64,000 nucleotides of DNA, filler included, from an uncultured bacterium (GCA_964543115.1; 5 parts of 5 records of this genome joined end to end with filler, not necessarily neighbours in it), one strand, 5' to 3'. Positions 52,832-63,396 are shown, numbered from the whole stretch's first letter. Notes: generated by a model not told the origin, from the letters alone. Program-made: numbers and translations.

Positions 52832-53794
52832 ATGAAAAAACTGTGGGTAATGACAGTAACGGTATCAGTGTTGTTTTTGGTTAATTGTTTTTTAGTTGCG
52901 CATTGCCTGGCCAGTTCCTTATCAGTGGAGTTGATTGATTTTGCCGGCGGCGGTCCGGGAGGAACAGAGATTACCTTTAACAACAATGAGGTGGAGGTGG
53001 CCACAGAGTCCGCTCCCTGGGTGCTGCCCCAGCAGTACCTGGCGATTGAGTTTGATTGTGATTATTGGGATCCCGGTGATCCCATGGCCTATTGGGGGCT
53101 GAGAGTAATTACGGATAATTTAACGGATACGGTGGCTGATCTGGATAATGACGGGATTCCGGAGGATGTGCCGGTGGGGGTGGATCTTGGTAACGGTTAT
53201 TACAGTTATGCCGGGGCGCATTTTGTTACGCTTGATGGTTTCAATAATATCACTAGCGTTACCGATGATTCAGCTAGAAAAATTACACTTGCCTGGCAGA
53301 TTTATAATCAAAATGACGCCGCGGTACTGGCGGGGATTATTGCGCCTACGGTGCATGATAATGACGGAGATGATGTCTATGAAGATCTAAATGTCAGCCA
53401 GGTTTGGTATACCGGCGACTGGGCGTATATCGGGGATAAATCCGATGATAATGATTATCCCGATCCCGGTGCGGTGCTCTGGCAGGATATCTACAATAAC
53501 GATGTGCTCAATTACAGTGCGGTGGCCTACGGCCAGACTCATCTGATCAGGTATATTACCCCGCATCCGGATGATGGCAATGTGGTGATCACCGATGATG
53601 ATGCGGTTGATGAAGACGGTGACGGTAATGTGGATGATGACGGCTGGGATATCTATGTCTTCCTGGCCGGCAGGTTCTGGAGTACGGCTTACGCCGATAA
53701 TGACGGTGATGGGGTAGTTGATGCCACGGAATATTTCCGCCTCCCCAACGGCGACTACCGCACCCGTCTTCATGTCGAAATTTTTCACGAATAA
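52832..53794 (+). CDS. Secreted acidic protein with Dx[DN]xDG calcium-binding motifs; possible surface or adhesion protein
   Basis: Signal peptide MKKLWVMTVTVSVLFLVNCFLVAHCLA; DLDNDG, DNDGDD, DEDGDG, DNDGDG. Confidence 0.7.
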   Translation: MKKLWVMTVTVSVLFLVNCFLVAHCLASSLSVELIDFAGGGPGGTEITFNNNEVEVATESAPWVLPQQYLAIEFDCDYWDPGDPMAYWGLRVITDNLTDTVADLDNDGIPEDVPVGVDLGNGYYSYAGAHFVTLDGFNNITSVTDDSARKITLAWQIYNQNDAAVLAGIIAPTVHDNDGDDVYEDLNVSQVWYTGDWAYIGDKSDDNDYPDPGAVLWQDIYNNDVLNYSAVAYGQTHLIRYITPHPDDGNVVITDDDAVDEDGDGNVDDDGWDIYVFLAGRFWSTAYADNDGDGVVDATEYFRLPNGDYRTRLHVEIFHE

Positions 53795-53800
53795 TTATTT

Positions 53801-53872
53801 TGTCATCCCGCGGCTTGACCGCGGGATCCAGTAGTGTTTGCGATGTAATTATTTCTGGATACCGCGGTCAAG
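53801..53872. repeat. REP-doublet element, truncated by contig end; inverted copy of the core at about 62850-62935
   Basis: TGTCATCCCGCGGCTTGACCGCGGGATCCAG...CTGGATACCGCGGTCAAG, nearly identical to the reverse complement of the second copy. Confidence 0.85.
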
Positions 53873-53972
53873 NNNNNNNNNNNNNNNNNNNNNNNNNNNN
53901 NNNNNNNNNNNNNNNNTTAATTAATTAANNNNNNNNNNNNNNNNNNNNNNNNNNNNNNNNNNNNNNNNNNNN
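53873..53972. other. Artificial contig-joining linker
   Basis: N-run + TTAATTAATTAA + N-run. Confidence 0.97.
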
Positions 53973-54765
53973 CGATCATGGAAACCTTAGAATAGTACCC
54001 GGCGAGAAAAGATTCTTTAAAATAATGTTTTACAATAATCGCGTCAACATAGGTACAGATACCAAAACAGATATAGGCAACGGCCACAGGAAAGATATAG
54101 CGGTAAATATCACTTTTACCTATTTCCATATCATAAGGCCGGTAACTCCAGACATCTCTTAAAAATAAATAATTAACAATTAGAATCGTCAGCACAGACA
54201 ACAAAGATCCCCAGATTGCGCCATTAACGCCAAAACCCAGATAAACTAACAATAGTCCCCAAATCATCCTGCTTACCGCGGCAATAACATATGATCCGCC
54301 CAAACCGACAAACCGCTGTAATCCCTGCAGAGCACCAAAACTCATCGGGTAAACAAGGGCGCAGAAAAGCACAAAACCCATGAGCACCACCGGGCTCATC
54401 CACTTAATATTCAAATATACGGAAATCTGCTTACTAAACAAAAGATAGATAACCAGTAAAATACCCACATAACTAACTATCTTCAACATGGCCCGTTTCA
54501 GTAAATAACTCATTTTCCCCTGTTCCCCCCGGGCCTTGAAGGATGCTATATATTTGGAAATAACAGTTTGAATAGTATTGGCCGGCAGACTGATCATCAT
54601 AAACAGAGCAAAAAGGGAAAATAAAACCGCGTAGCCGTCCGGACCCGGCCCAAGCATCCTGCTCATTACAATATGGTAGGCATAATTAAATATCCCGGCA
54701 ACAATCGTAGCTGCCATCATGATGGTACCATGCCTAATCAACTTATCTTCGCGTGACGCGCTCAT
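53973..54765 (-). CDS. Oligosaccharide flippase family (Wzx/MOP) membrane protein; 3' truncated
   Basis: Multiple TM helices; NYAYHIVMSRMLGP..YAVLFSL; GALQGLQRF. Confidence 0.8.
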
Positions 54766-54773
54766 AACACTCC

Positions 54774-55304
54774 TTAGAACGGCTCAATTTCAGGTTGCAC
54801 CTCAAAGGGCGCATTGGGCTGATAAATACCATATCTTAAGAACACTCCCAGGCCTCCGCCGATTATATTCATAACAATATCCCTGGTATCATAGTACCGG
54901 TTTGGTAAAATCCCCTGAATAACTTCATCCAGAATACCCATAACAATAATATACGCCAGGGCCAATAATAATCCTTTCCGGCTTCTGCCCGCCGCCCAAT
55001 AGGCCAGCCAACCCATAATGCCATATTCAATAAAATGAATCCGTTCGACGGGCAGGGGAATAAAGCGGTAAATGGCCACAGTCACTACAACAATTAAACT
55101 CAGAAAAAGGATCTTCCGCCGAAACAGGACAAAACCGGCAACTCCTAGATACCCGGCCACAACCAGGTATTCTCTCACCGGCCCCAGTAAACTACCGGTA
55201 AGATCCCAGAATCCGCGGACATAGGGCAGCGTAAGAAAAATAGCCAGGGTATAAACCACCACCAGCCACCAGCGACGATTAATTATATTATTATTTATAT
55301 ACAT
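54774..55304 (-). CDS. VanZ-like family membrane protein
   Basis: ERIHFIEYGIMG, GILDEVIQGILPNRYYDTRDIVMN. The ORF-track TTG at 55343 coincides with a TTGACA -35 box, so ATG 55304 is the preferred start. Confidence 0.8.
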   Translation of the reverse strand: MYINNNIINRRWWLVVVYTLAIFLTLPYVRGFWDLTGSLLGPVREYLVVAGYLGVAGFVLFRRKILFLSLIVVVTVAIYRFIPLPVERIHFIEYGIMGWLAYWAAGRSRKGLLLALAYIIVMGILDEVIQGILPNRYYDTRDIVMNIIGGGLGVFLRYGIYQPNAPFEVQPEIEPF

Positions 55305-55379
55305 AATGCATAATATAATATTGAATATACTTAGAAGTGTCAACTAATAATCTACCCTAATAAAATCTCCCTCCTCCTC

Positions 55380-55407
55380 TTGACATTCTCAGGTCCCATG
55401 CTATAGT
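55380..55407 (+). promoter_or_regulatory. Putative sigma70 promoter for the amidoligase-like LAP gene
   Basis: TTGACA - 16 nt - TATAGT, with an extended -10 TG; 13 nt before the ATG. Confidence 0.55.
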
Positions 55408-55420
55408 TCTGCGGGGGCCT

Positions 55421-58400
55421 ATGAAGAAAAAATATAAACGCTTAACTATTTACGCCATAAGTACTTTAATAATTATCAGTAGTCTTAATCTAGCCGCAAT
55501 TGAGAAACAGGCCCTGGCACCAAGAAGCTTTCAGCTGGAGCTGGCAAAAATAGAGGAATTAACTGCCGCGATCGGCCGGGAAAGATTCCAGCAACTCTGG
55601 CAGGCCAAACCCAAGATCTTTAGCCGTATTCTGGAAGAAATTGCCGCCCTGGGAATCAATCCCCAAACAAATAAATTATTATTCATTGAGCTTTTTCAGG
55701 AAATAGGCCTGAAATATCTTCTGCGGCTCCTGGAAGAAATACCGGAAGTGCTGCCCAAAATACTCGCCCCTATCCGTAAAATGGGCTACAGCCAAAAGCT
55801 GCAGGAACTGCGTGTCTTGCCGTTCTTTCGCGAAATCGGCAGCGAAAATATCGGCCCGCTGCTGATAATAGAACCGGTCTTTCTGGCCAACAGCCTGACC
55901 CGGCTCAGTGAACTGGGCTTAAGCAAGCAATCCGATCAGCTGAAGGCAACAGAAATCACCAAAAAACTAAAAATCCTGCCCTCACTCACTAATCATATTG
56001 GCTCTTCTTTCATCCGTGACTGCCGCACTTTTGCCTTCAGTCTGTACATTATTCAGCAAATGGGCAGCGATGAAGCAACTGCTGAACTGAGGGCAATTAC
56101 CCTCCTCCGGCAAATAGATAACGAAAGAGTAATGGCCGAGGGCCTGGGCGCTGTTTGGGAAGAAAACGCCTTGGAGCTATCCCTGCCCCTGCAATACCTG
56201 CAAGAACTGACAGAAGACGGGATAGATATTTTTTCTATTCTTAGTGAACTAAAAAGAGATGAGCACATTCAGAACTGTCTCGGCCCCGCCTGGGTAAAAC
56301 GTCCCTATTTTTTCCTGGCCACCCTGGCTGCTATTCATCAACTGGGCCGCGATGAGAACGGAAAATTACATATCTGGAAATTCTTCCACGATATCGGCAC
56401 GGAACATATCGCCCAAAGCTGGCGCTCGCAGCCTGCCGCTTTCGCAGAAATCATCAGGATAGTTCAGACAAGCGTTTATTTACAGGAACTCTGCCAGAGA
56501 ATAGGACCGAGGTTCATTGCTGAAGCCCTCAGCGAAAGAACAGAGGAGCTCTACCTGGCATTAAGAAAGTACAAACTACTGCAGTTAACAGAAGAGGAAG
56601 AACCCGCCTATAATGAGAAGGCCCTGGGAATTGACTGGGTCACCTGCCTGCAGCAATTGGATAATTTTCTCAACCTGCCGGCTGTAGAGGAATTAATCCG
56701 CCAGCTGCCGCCCGAACTGGCGCTTAACCTCCGCCTGGAAGCCTTTGTTCTCTTAAGTAAAAACCAAACACCCGGAGATATTGGCAAACTATTGCTGGAC
56801 AAATACACCCAGTTGCTGCCTCTTCTACTGGTATATAACCGCTACCTGCAGACTATCGGGCTAGAAATAGAGATTGCCCAAGAAGATGAAAAAACATTTC
56901 CGCTGGCTGAGGCCCATCTAGTTTGCGCACTGCTGGGAATTAGCCAGGGTAAAGATCTGTCTGTGCTTTGGGAATATACTACTCCACCGCTAAGGCACCA
57001 TAGTTACTGTGAACCGTATTACCGCCTGTTTGAAGAAACCGGGTTTATCCCCGGAAGTAAAATCCACAGCCTGCATCTATCATTTCCCTTCAGAAAAGAA
57101 TGGGGAAGGAAAAAACTCTCCGACAATATCGATACCCTGGCCCTGCTTGCCTGCCTGCTTTATTCTCCTGACGACAGATTGTTACCGCCTCACTCTGACG
57201 CCATAGGCAAAGTAATTGAAATAAAAGAAAACATTACTACCCCCAGAGGAGAAAAGGCTGACTGGCAGGGGAAAATGGTGCGGATAGAAATCCGCGCCCT
57301 GGCCTTTCAGCAGGGACAAAACCATTACCGGCAGGCCGCACGCGCAATTAATCTTTTATACAGCTGTTTTGACTGCGCGAATAAAAAGGCGGATGAAAGG
57401 GACAAAACAGAAGAGCAGCTGGCTGCTGTCTGGGAAAGTTTCCTCAGTCACACCCGGCAAATATTAAAACCTCACAGTAAAAGACTAGAGCCCTTTACAT
57501 CACAACTCCATAAAATAGACAGCGCCCCGCAATGCCTGCGGATCATTAAAAATCTACGAGCTGATTATCCCGGACTAATCCGGGATCTACACGGTTTGGT
57601 AAATAAACACCTGAGAGCCGCAGAGGAAATCCTGGCCGCGCCGGCAGCCGCTGAGGCTGCCCTGATCGCCCATTACGAAGAAACCCTGCCCCGGCTGACA
57701 ACCTATATTCGCAGGCAACAATGGCCGCTTATCCCTTTCCTTAAACTATTTCAACATATCGGCATTGACCAAATCACTAAGGCGCCCAAACATCCAAAAT
57801 ACAACCGCTTTCTCGAAGGATTGAGTATGATAAACGAAATGGGGGTAAACCCCCAGACCCGGGAACTATACTTTCTGGAATTATGCCGGGAAATCGGCTC
57901 AGTTAATATCGGCCCGCCCTGGCTGCAATCCCCGACCGGATTTAACAATACGCTTGGAAAAATAAAGAAAACAGGTATCCTCCAGGCAATTGCCCTAGTC
58001 CGGCGGCTGAAAAAGGAAAGCAGCCTGGGAAATCTTCTTGCCCCGGCCTGGGAAAATAATCCCTTTACCCTGGCCATCGCCCTGAAAATTATCAACGAGA
58101 CCGGCATTGACGCTGCCCTGGCCGCGGAAAACACACTGCGGCAAATTGCCTTTTTTGATCAATATCTCAACCAGGCCTTTTTACAGCACCCAAATCTGAT
58201 TGCTGTTCTGCTGGAAGAAACTGTGCAAAATGAAATTAACTGGACAGAAGTACAAACCATAATCCAGCTGCTGCAAAAAGAACGTTCGTTAAAAGATTAT
58301 CTTCCACAAATCTGGCTAAAAAGTCCCCACTCCTTTGTCTACGCATTACAAAACATCTACGCCTCCGAACTAGGCGACAATAACCAATACCAGCTTATTA

Positions 58401-59818
58401 ATTTATTACGGAAAATCGGCCTGCAACATATCGGTGCGGCCTGGAAAAAGGATCCCGGTAAATTCCAGATTGGCCTGTTAAGCATTAACCTGGCCCAAGT
58501 ATCCGCCGTGAATGATTTCTTAGCTAAAATAGGAATACAACATATCGGCCCAGCCTGGCAGGCCAACCCGGAGGCCTTTAGTAGATTAATATCACGTTTC
58601 AATTTTTTGGGATTTGATTTTATCCTGCAGCTCTTTAGCCGTCTCGGGCCAAGGCTAACCAGAGAGGCCCTGGAAAAAAGAATAACAGCCTTTGAACATG
58701 CTTTCTGGCTGACAAATAACCATGATTTGCAGCCAGTGGCCCTGGACTGTAACTGGATGTATTGTCTGCGGCAATTAGACACCCTGCTTTTTTCATCGGC
58801 AATAAAATCACTGACTGAACAACTACCCGCGGAACTTGTCCCGGCACTAAGGGTAGAGGCCTTTCTGCTTATTCACAACACAGACAAAGAAAAACAAACT
58901 CTCAATTTGGAAAACATTGCCGCCCAACTTCTCTCCAAGTATGCACAGGCAGGCACAAACAAATACCGCTATACAACCGGCATAGAGATAGAGATTGATG
59001 ACCAATACAGACAGATCTTTCCCATTAGAGAGACGGCTATCATTTGCGCCCTGCTCGGTTTAACTAAAGCCGAAGATGCTTCCGTTGCCTTTGAATACGC
59101 TCCGGCACCGCTCTGGCGTCATGAACAGTTCGATCCCTATTTTCGTTTATTTGAGGAAACCGGCTTTATCCCCGGGGACGATATCTGCAGTATGCATGTT
59201 TCTGCCCCCTATGACAAAACCTGGGACAAAGAAAAATTTGAACCAGGCTTAAATGACCTGGCCTTATTAACCACACTACTTTATGCCCCTGATAGACGCC
59301 TAAGCCGCGGCGGCACGATAAGAGATGTTATTCGCTATCACAATACCCTCATTTTACCGACCGGCAGTGACACAGCCTGGCAAAAACACATGGGCCGGGT
59401 GGAAATCCGTTCATTGGCCTTTTGTAAAACAGCTGATCATCACCGCCAGGCAATAAAAACATTCAATCCGCTCTACAGCTGCCTGGCTGCTTTTTTAGTC
59501 AAAAGAAAAGACCCTATAGAACAAGCCTTAAGCGCGATCTGGCAGGAATTCATGAATAAATATGAAGAACTACTTGTTCCCTGGAAAATTAAGCGGGATT
59601 TTTTTCATAGTCATGCAGCTAGGCCAAATGCTGCTATTGAATGCCTGCAGACAATTAAAGAAATACGCACCGGAGATCCTGAACTAAGAGAGAAATTTAA
59701 AAAACTGTTGGACGAATATCTACCAAGAATCGAAACTGTGTTGAACTCCGCTGACCTACCACGTCCCGTAACTCTTCCCCTCACTGAGACAGCTGCCCTC
59801 TGCGAACAGGCCCTGTAA
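55421..59818 (+). CDS. Large (1465 aa) signal-peptide/LAP protein made of two copies of [helical repeats + amidoligase/glutamate-cysteine-ligase-like domain]
   Basis: MKKKYKRLTIYAISTLIIISSLNLAA..LAPRS. Duplicated GxEIE / D.S...EY..xPL / SxHxS / R[IV]EIR motifs; IGxxxIGxxWxxxPxxF repeats. Confidence 0.75.
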   Translation: MKKKYKRLTIYAISTLIIISSLNLAAIEKQALAPRSFQLELAKIEELTAAIGRERFQQLWQAKPKIFSRILEEIAALGINPQTNKLLFIELFQEIGLKYLLRLLEEIPEVLPKILAPIRKMGYSQKLQELRVLPFFREIGSENIGPLLIIEPVFLANSLTRLSELGLSKQSDQLKATEITKKLKILPSLTNHIGSSFIRDCRTFAFSLYIIQQMGSDEATAELRAITLLRQIDNERVMAEGLGAVWEENALELSLPLQYLQELTEDGIDIFSILSELKRDEHIQNCLGPAWVKRPYFFLATLAAIHQLGRDENGKLHIWKFFHDIGTEHIAQSWRSQPAAFAEIIRIVQTSVYLQELCQRIGPRFIAEALSERTEELYLALRKYKLLQLTEEEEPAYNEKALGIDWVTCLQQLDNFLNLPAVEELIRQLPPELALNLRLEAFVLLSKNQTPGDIGKLLLDKYTQLLPLLLVYNRYLQTIGLEIEIAQEDEKTFPLAEAHLVCALLGISQGKDLSVLWEYTTPPLRHHSYCEPYYRLFEETGFIPGSKIHSLHLSFPFRKEWGRKKLSDNIDTLALLACLLYSPDDRLLPPHSDAIGKVIEIKENITTPRGEKADWQGKMVRIEIRALAFQQGQNHYRQAARAINLLYSCFDCANKKADERDKTEEQLAAVWESFLSHTRQILKPHSKRLEPFTSQLHKIDSAPQCLRIIKNLRADYPGLIRDLHGLVNKHLRAAEEILAAPAAAEAALIAHYEETLPRLTTYIRRQQWPLIPFLKLFQHIGIDQITKAPKHPKYNRFLEGLSMINEMGVNPQTRELYFLELCREIGSVNIGPPWLQSPTGFNNTLGKIKKTGILQAIALVRRLKKESSLGNLLAPAWENNPFTLAIALKIINETGIDAALAAENTLRQIAFFDQYLNQAFLQHPNLIAVLLEETVQNEINWTEVQTIIQLLQKERSLKDYLPQIWLKSPHSFVYALQNIYASELGDNNQYQLINLLRKIGLQHIGAAWKKDPGKFQIGLLSINLAQVSAVNDFLAKIGIQHIGPAWQANPEAFSRLISRFNFLGFDFILQLFSRLGPRLTREALEKRITAFEHAFWLTNNHDLQPVALDCNWMYCLRQLDTLLFSSAIKSLTEQLPAELVPALRVEAFLLIHNTDKEKQTLNLENIAAQLLSKYAQAGTNKYRYTTGIEIEIDDQYRQIFPIRETAIICALLGLTKAEDASVAFEYAPAPLWRHEQFDPYFRLFEETGFIPGDDICSMHVSAPYDKTWDKEKFEPGLNDLALLTTLLYAPDRRLSRGGTIRDVIRYHNTLILPTGSDTAWQKHMGRVEIRSLAFCKTADHHRQAIKTFNPLYSCLAAFLVKRKDPIEQALSAIWQEFMNKYEELLVPWKIKRDFFHSHAARPNAAIECLQTIKEIRTGDPELREKFKKLLDEYLPRIETVLNSADLPRPVTLPLTETAALCEQAL

Positions 59819-59863
59819 TTATCCTTAATATTCACGGGAAAATATGTTATTATTAAATTTAAT

Positions 59864-61165
59864 ATGGATGCCTATGAATTAATCCTCAAAAAAAGAAACG
59901 GCGGCCGACTCGCCCCCACAGAGATAAACTTCCTGGTAGAACATTTTACTAGCGGCAAGATCCCTGAATATCAGCTGGCTGCCCTGCTGATGGCGGTGTA
60001 TTTTCAGGGGCTGAGCAGCCGGGAAACACTGGCCCTTACCCGCTCAATGCTGGCCAGCGGTAAGATCTTAAACCTTTCCTCCCTGAAAAAACCATGTATT
60101 GATAAACACAGTACCGGCGGGGTTGGTGACAAAATCAGCCTGATTCTCGCTCCCCTGGCCGCCAGTTGCGGATTAATTGTGCCGATGATCGCCGGCCGCG
60201 GCCTGGGCCATACCGGCGGCACACTAGATAAGCTGGAAGCAATTCCCGGGTTTAACACCCAGCTTACCGTCAGGCAATTCAAAAAACAATTAGGCCGGAT
60301 CGGGGTGGCGATTATCGGCCAGACAAGGGAAATGGCCCCGGCAGATAAAAAAATCTACGCCCTGCGTGACGTTACCGCTACAGTGGAAAGTATTCCCCTG
60401 ATTAGCGCCAGTATCATGAGCAAGAAAATGGCCGAAGGAATCAAGGGATTAGTCCTGGATGTTAAAGTGGGTAACGGCGCCTTTATGAAGAACTTACCGA
60501 AAGCCGTTCAACTGGCCCAAACAATGACTACTATCGGCAGGGGAATGGGAAAAAAGATAATCGCCGTGCTGAGCGATATGAATCAACCCCTGGGACTCTC
60601 TATCGGCAATTCTCTAGAGGTCAAGGAAGCGCTGGCTATTCTCCAGAACAAAGGCCCCCGGGATGTGCGCGAACTCACCCTGATTCTAACGGGCCACATG
60701 CTTTATTTGGGAGGGAAAACAAAAACACCGGCCAGGGGGAAAAAACTGGCGGCAAAAAAATTGGCTAACGGGCAGGCCTACCATAAATTCCTGGAATTTG
60801 TCCAGGCCCAGGGCGGTAATATCAATTTTATAACTGATCCCGCTAAATTTAATCAAACAAAATATCAGGTGTGCGTTAATGCCCCCGCCAGTGGTTACTT
60901 GAGGAAAATCGACACCCAGGAACTGGGTCTCTGCGCCACACTACTGGGCGCCGGCCGGCTAACCTTACATGCTAAAATTGACTATGCCGCCGGCATTACC
61001 CTCCAACATAAACTCGGCGATCGGGTAAGGAAAGGTGAACCGCTGGCCATACTACACAGCAAGAAAAAATCAGCTGAAATTACTGCTAGAGTAAAGAACG
61101 CCTTTACTATCAGCCGCCGTAAACCAAAAACGCCGCCGCTAATACATAAAATAATAAGAGGATAA
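59864..61165 (+). CDS. pdp: Pyrimidine-nucleoside / thymidine phosphorylase
   Basis: DKHSTGGVGDK, GRGLGHTGGTLDKLE, YALRDVTATV, SIMSKK. Confidence 0.97.
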   Translation: MDAYELILKKRNGGRLAPTEINFLVEHFTSGKIPEYQLAALLMAVYFQGLSSRETLALTRSMLASGKILNLSSLKKPCIDKHSTGGVGDKISLILAPLAASCGLIVPMIAGRGLGHTGGTLDKLEAIPGFNTQLTVRQFKKQLGRIGVAIIGQTREMAPADKKIYALRDVTATVESIPLISASIMSKKMAEGIKGLVLDVKVGNGAFMKNLPKAVQLAQTMTTIGRGMGKKIIAVLSDMNQPLGLSIGNSLEVKEALAILQNKGPRDVRELTLILTGHMLYLGGKTKTPARGKKLAAKKLANGQAYHKFLEFVQAQGGNINFITDPAKFNQTKYQVCVNAPASGYLRKIDTQELGLCATLLGAGRLTLHAKIDYAAGITLQHKLGDRVRKGEPLAILHSKKKSAEITARVKNAFTISRRKPKTPPLIHKIIRG

Positions 61166-61169
61166 CAAT

Positions 61170-61904
61170 ATGGATCTAACTACCTTTCAGCGCCGGGCGG
61201 TTATTTTTATTTTTCTGGTGATCCTGGCCGGGGCGCTTTTGTTGGCGCGGAAAGAACCCTGGCGCCAGGAAATAGAAGAAAAGACTCAAGCAGTTAAAAA
61301 ATCTCCTCAACCCGCTAGAATAGACATTAATACCGCCGATCTACCGACACTGACCCAATTACCGGGAATCGGGCCCGGACTGGCAAAACAGATTGTTGAT
61401 TACCGCAGAGAACACGGACCTTTCCGGCACCTGAACGAACTGAAAAACGTACCTGGAATAGGTGAAAAACGGATTGAAAAAATAAAAGGGAAAATTACCC
61501 TGACCGGAAAAACAGAAAATAGTGGCCAGCTGGAACTTAACCTGAATACGGCCAGCGCCGAGCAATTGTGCGCTATCCCGGGCATTGGGCCGAAAACAGC
61601 CCAGCGAATTGTTACCTACCGCGCTAAACATGGGGCCTTTTCCTCTGTCAGCCAGATTACAAATGTCCCCCGGGTAGGTGAAAAAACTTATCAGAATATC
61701 CGCGACTACCTCTATGTCCAGGCACCGCCCAAACCAAAAGCATCCGCGCCAAACCAGAAGAAATTTATCCAAACCCGCAAACCGCGTCAGCAGATTAACA
61801 CCAAGGAAACCTGCCCCCATTGCGGCCGGCAGCTATATGAAAAGGGGAAAAGGAAAAAGGTACATATCCGTTGCCCTCATTGCCTGAAATTACTAAATGA
61901 ATAA
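61170..61904 (+). CDS. comEA: ComEA-like DNA-binding protein with two HhH units and a C-terminal CxxC/CxxC zinc ribbon
   Basis: N-terminal TM; IDINTA..L..LPGIGP.LA..IV.YR..HG.F twice; CPHC...CPHC. Confidence 0.85.
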   Translation: MDLTTFQRRAVIFIFLVILAGALLLARKEPWRQEIEEKTQAVKKSPQPARIDINTADLPTLTQLPGIGPGLAKQIVDYRREHGPFRHLNELKNVPGIGEKRIEKIKGKITLTGKTENSGQLELNLNTASAEQLCAIPGIGPKTAQRIVTYRAKHGAFSSVSQITNVPRVGEKTYQNIRDYLYVQAPPKPKASAPNQKKFIQTRKPRQQINTKETCPHCGRQLYEKGKRKKVHIRCPHCLKLLNE

Positions 61905-61918
61905 CCGGTAAAATAATC

Positions 61919-62815
61919 ATGCGGAAAGCTTTCACACTCGCAAACATTTTTATTGTCTCTTTGTTAATTATTGCCGCTATTGTCTGGCTGCGTGTCTGGT
62001 GGGTATATTGCGGAGAGCAAAACGACCAACTCCGGGTTACCTTTCTCAATGTCGGTCAGGGCGACAGTATTCTCATCTCCACTCCGGGCGGAAAGAGCAT
62101 CTTGATTGACGGCGGGCCCTACCCCCATGATTGGAGTACTTTTGATGCCGGAAAATACGTTGTCGTCCCTTATCTTCGCCGGCGCCGGATAAAGAAACTG
62201 GATCTGGTGATCGCCTCTCATCCGGACCTGGATCATATCGGCGGCCTGCTGGCGGTGTTAAAACGTTTCCGGATAGGAGAATTTATTGACTCCGGCACAA
62301 TCAGCTCAACCCAGACCTATGAAGACCTCCTGCGGCTGATTGAAAAAAAGAAAATAAAATACCGGGTGGCCGGCAAAAATGAAACCATAAATTTAGCTGA
62401 CGGCATCACCCTCCAGATCCTCTCACCGATTAGCCCGGCTTTTAAAAACAATCCCAATGAAAACTCTCTGGTCATAAAATTAACTTACGGCAACTGCAGT
62501 TTCCTTTTTACCGGCGATATAATGGCAATGGCCGAACCCCTCTACTGCCAGGAATACGGCGAAGCGCTGCAGGCAACCATTCTGAAATCCCCTCATCATG
62601 GCAGCAACAGCTCCAGCGGCGAAGAATTTCTACAGACAGTGCGCCCGGAAGCGGTTATTATCTCCTGCGCGCGCGGCAATCCCTTCGGCCATCCGGGAAA
62701 AGAGGTAATAGAAAGATACCAGCAATTAGGTTATAATATCTACCGGACCGATGCACTGGGGCATATTACGGTTAGTAGTAACGGCAAAGGTTACGAAATA
62801 AAGACACAGAAATAA
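61919..62815 (+). CDS. ComEC/Rec2-type metallo-beta-lactamase nuclease domain with N-terminal membrane anchor (no channel domain)
   Basis: FLNVGQGDS, LIDGG, SHPDLDHIGG, NENSLV, FLFTGD, PHHGS, NPFGHP. Confidence 0.88.
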   Translation: MRKAFTLANIFIVSLLIIAAIVWLRVWWVYCGEQNDQLRVTFLNVGQGDSILISTPGGKSILIDGGPYPHDWSTFDAGKYVVVPYLRRRRIKKLDLVIASHPDLDHIGGLLAVLKRFRIGEFIDSGTISSTQTYEDLLRLIEKKKIKYRVAGKNETINLADGITLQILSPISPAFKNNPNENSLVIKLTYGNCSFLFTGDIMAMAEPLYCQEYGEALQATILKSPHHGSNSSSGEEFLQTVRPEAVIISCARGNPFGHPGKEVIERYQQLGYNIYRTDALGHITVSSNGKGYEIKTQK

Positions 62816-62979
62816 ACTTATGGCATAGACTTCTGCAAAATAAGTCTTTTGTCATACCGCGGCTTGACCGCGGTATCCAGAAATAATTGCATTGTAAAAA
62901 CTACTGGATCCCGCGGTTAAACCGCGGGATGACAATGTTGCATAAAACATCTATTTTGCAGAAATCTAAACTTATGGCA
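62813..62979. mobile_element. Nested MITE-like element: 11-13 bp direct repeat, about 17 bp terminal inverted repeats, internal REP doublet
   Basis: TAAACTTATGGCA at 62813-62825 and 62967-62979; TAGACTTCTGCAAAATA / TATTTTGCAGAAATCTA; core GTCATACCGCGGCTTGACCGCGGTATCCAG...CTGGATCCCGCGGTTAAACCGCGGGATGAC. Confidence 0.8.
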
Positions 62980-62994
62980 AGATAGGAGGTTATT

Positions 62995-63396
62995 ATGACA
63001 AACAAGGAACTAATCCAATTAGCCAAGCAGGCTTACAAGAATGCCTATTGCCCCTACTCGCGGGCAAAGGTGGGGGCGGCCCTGCTGACAAAAAACGGAA
63101 AAGTATTTACGGGCTGTAATATTGAAAACGCTTCTTATGGTGTAACGATCTGTGCTGAACGTGCAGCGGTTGCTAATGCCGTAAGTAACGGAGAAAGAAA
63201 ATTTTCCAGGATTGCTATTGCCACTAACCAGAGACGGGAATTCAGCCCTTGCGGCGCCTGCCGGCAGGTGCTGGCAGAATTTAACCCCCGCCTGCGGGTA
63301 ATCTGGCCGGGTGAAAACGGCAGGGTAAAATCTAAAAATTTAAACCAGCTCTTACCCTCAGCCTTCAAAAAATGGAAAAATATCGCGCAATTATAA
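62995..63396 (+). CDS. cdd: Cytidine deaminase
   Basis: [32 protein letters not shown]. Confidence 0.97.
   Translation: MTNKELIQLAKQAYKNAYCPYSRAKVGAALLTKNGKVFTGCNIENASYGVTICAERAAVANAVSNGERKFSRIAIATNQRREFSPCGACRQVLAEFNPRLRVIWPGENGRVKSKNLNQLLPSAFKKWKNIAQL

Noticed and set aside
52832..53794. Member of the LAP/[AS][VIL] family
   Set aside because: It has a signal peptide, but the following LASSL does not fit the motif and it ends in IFHE.
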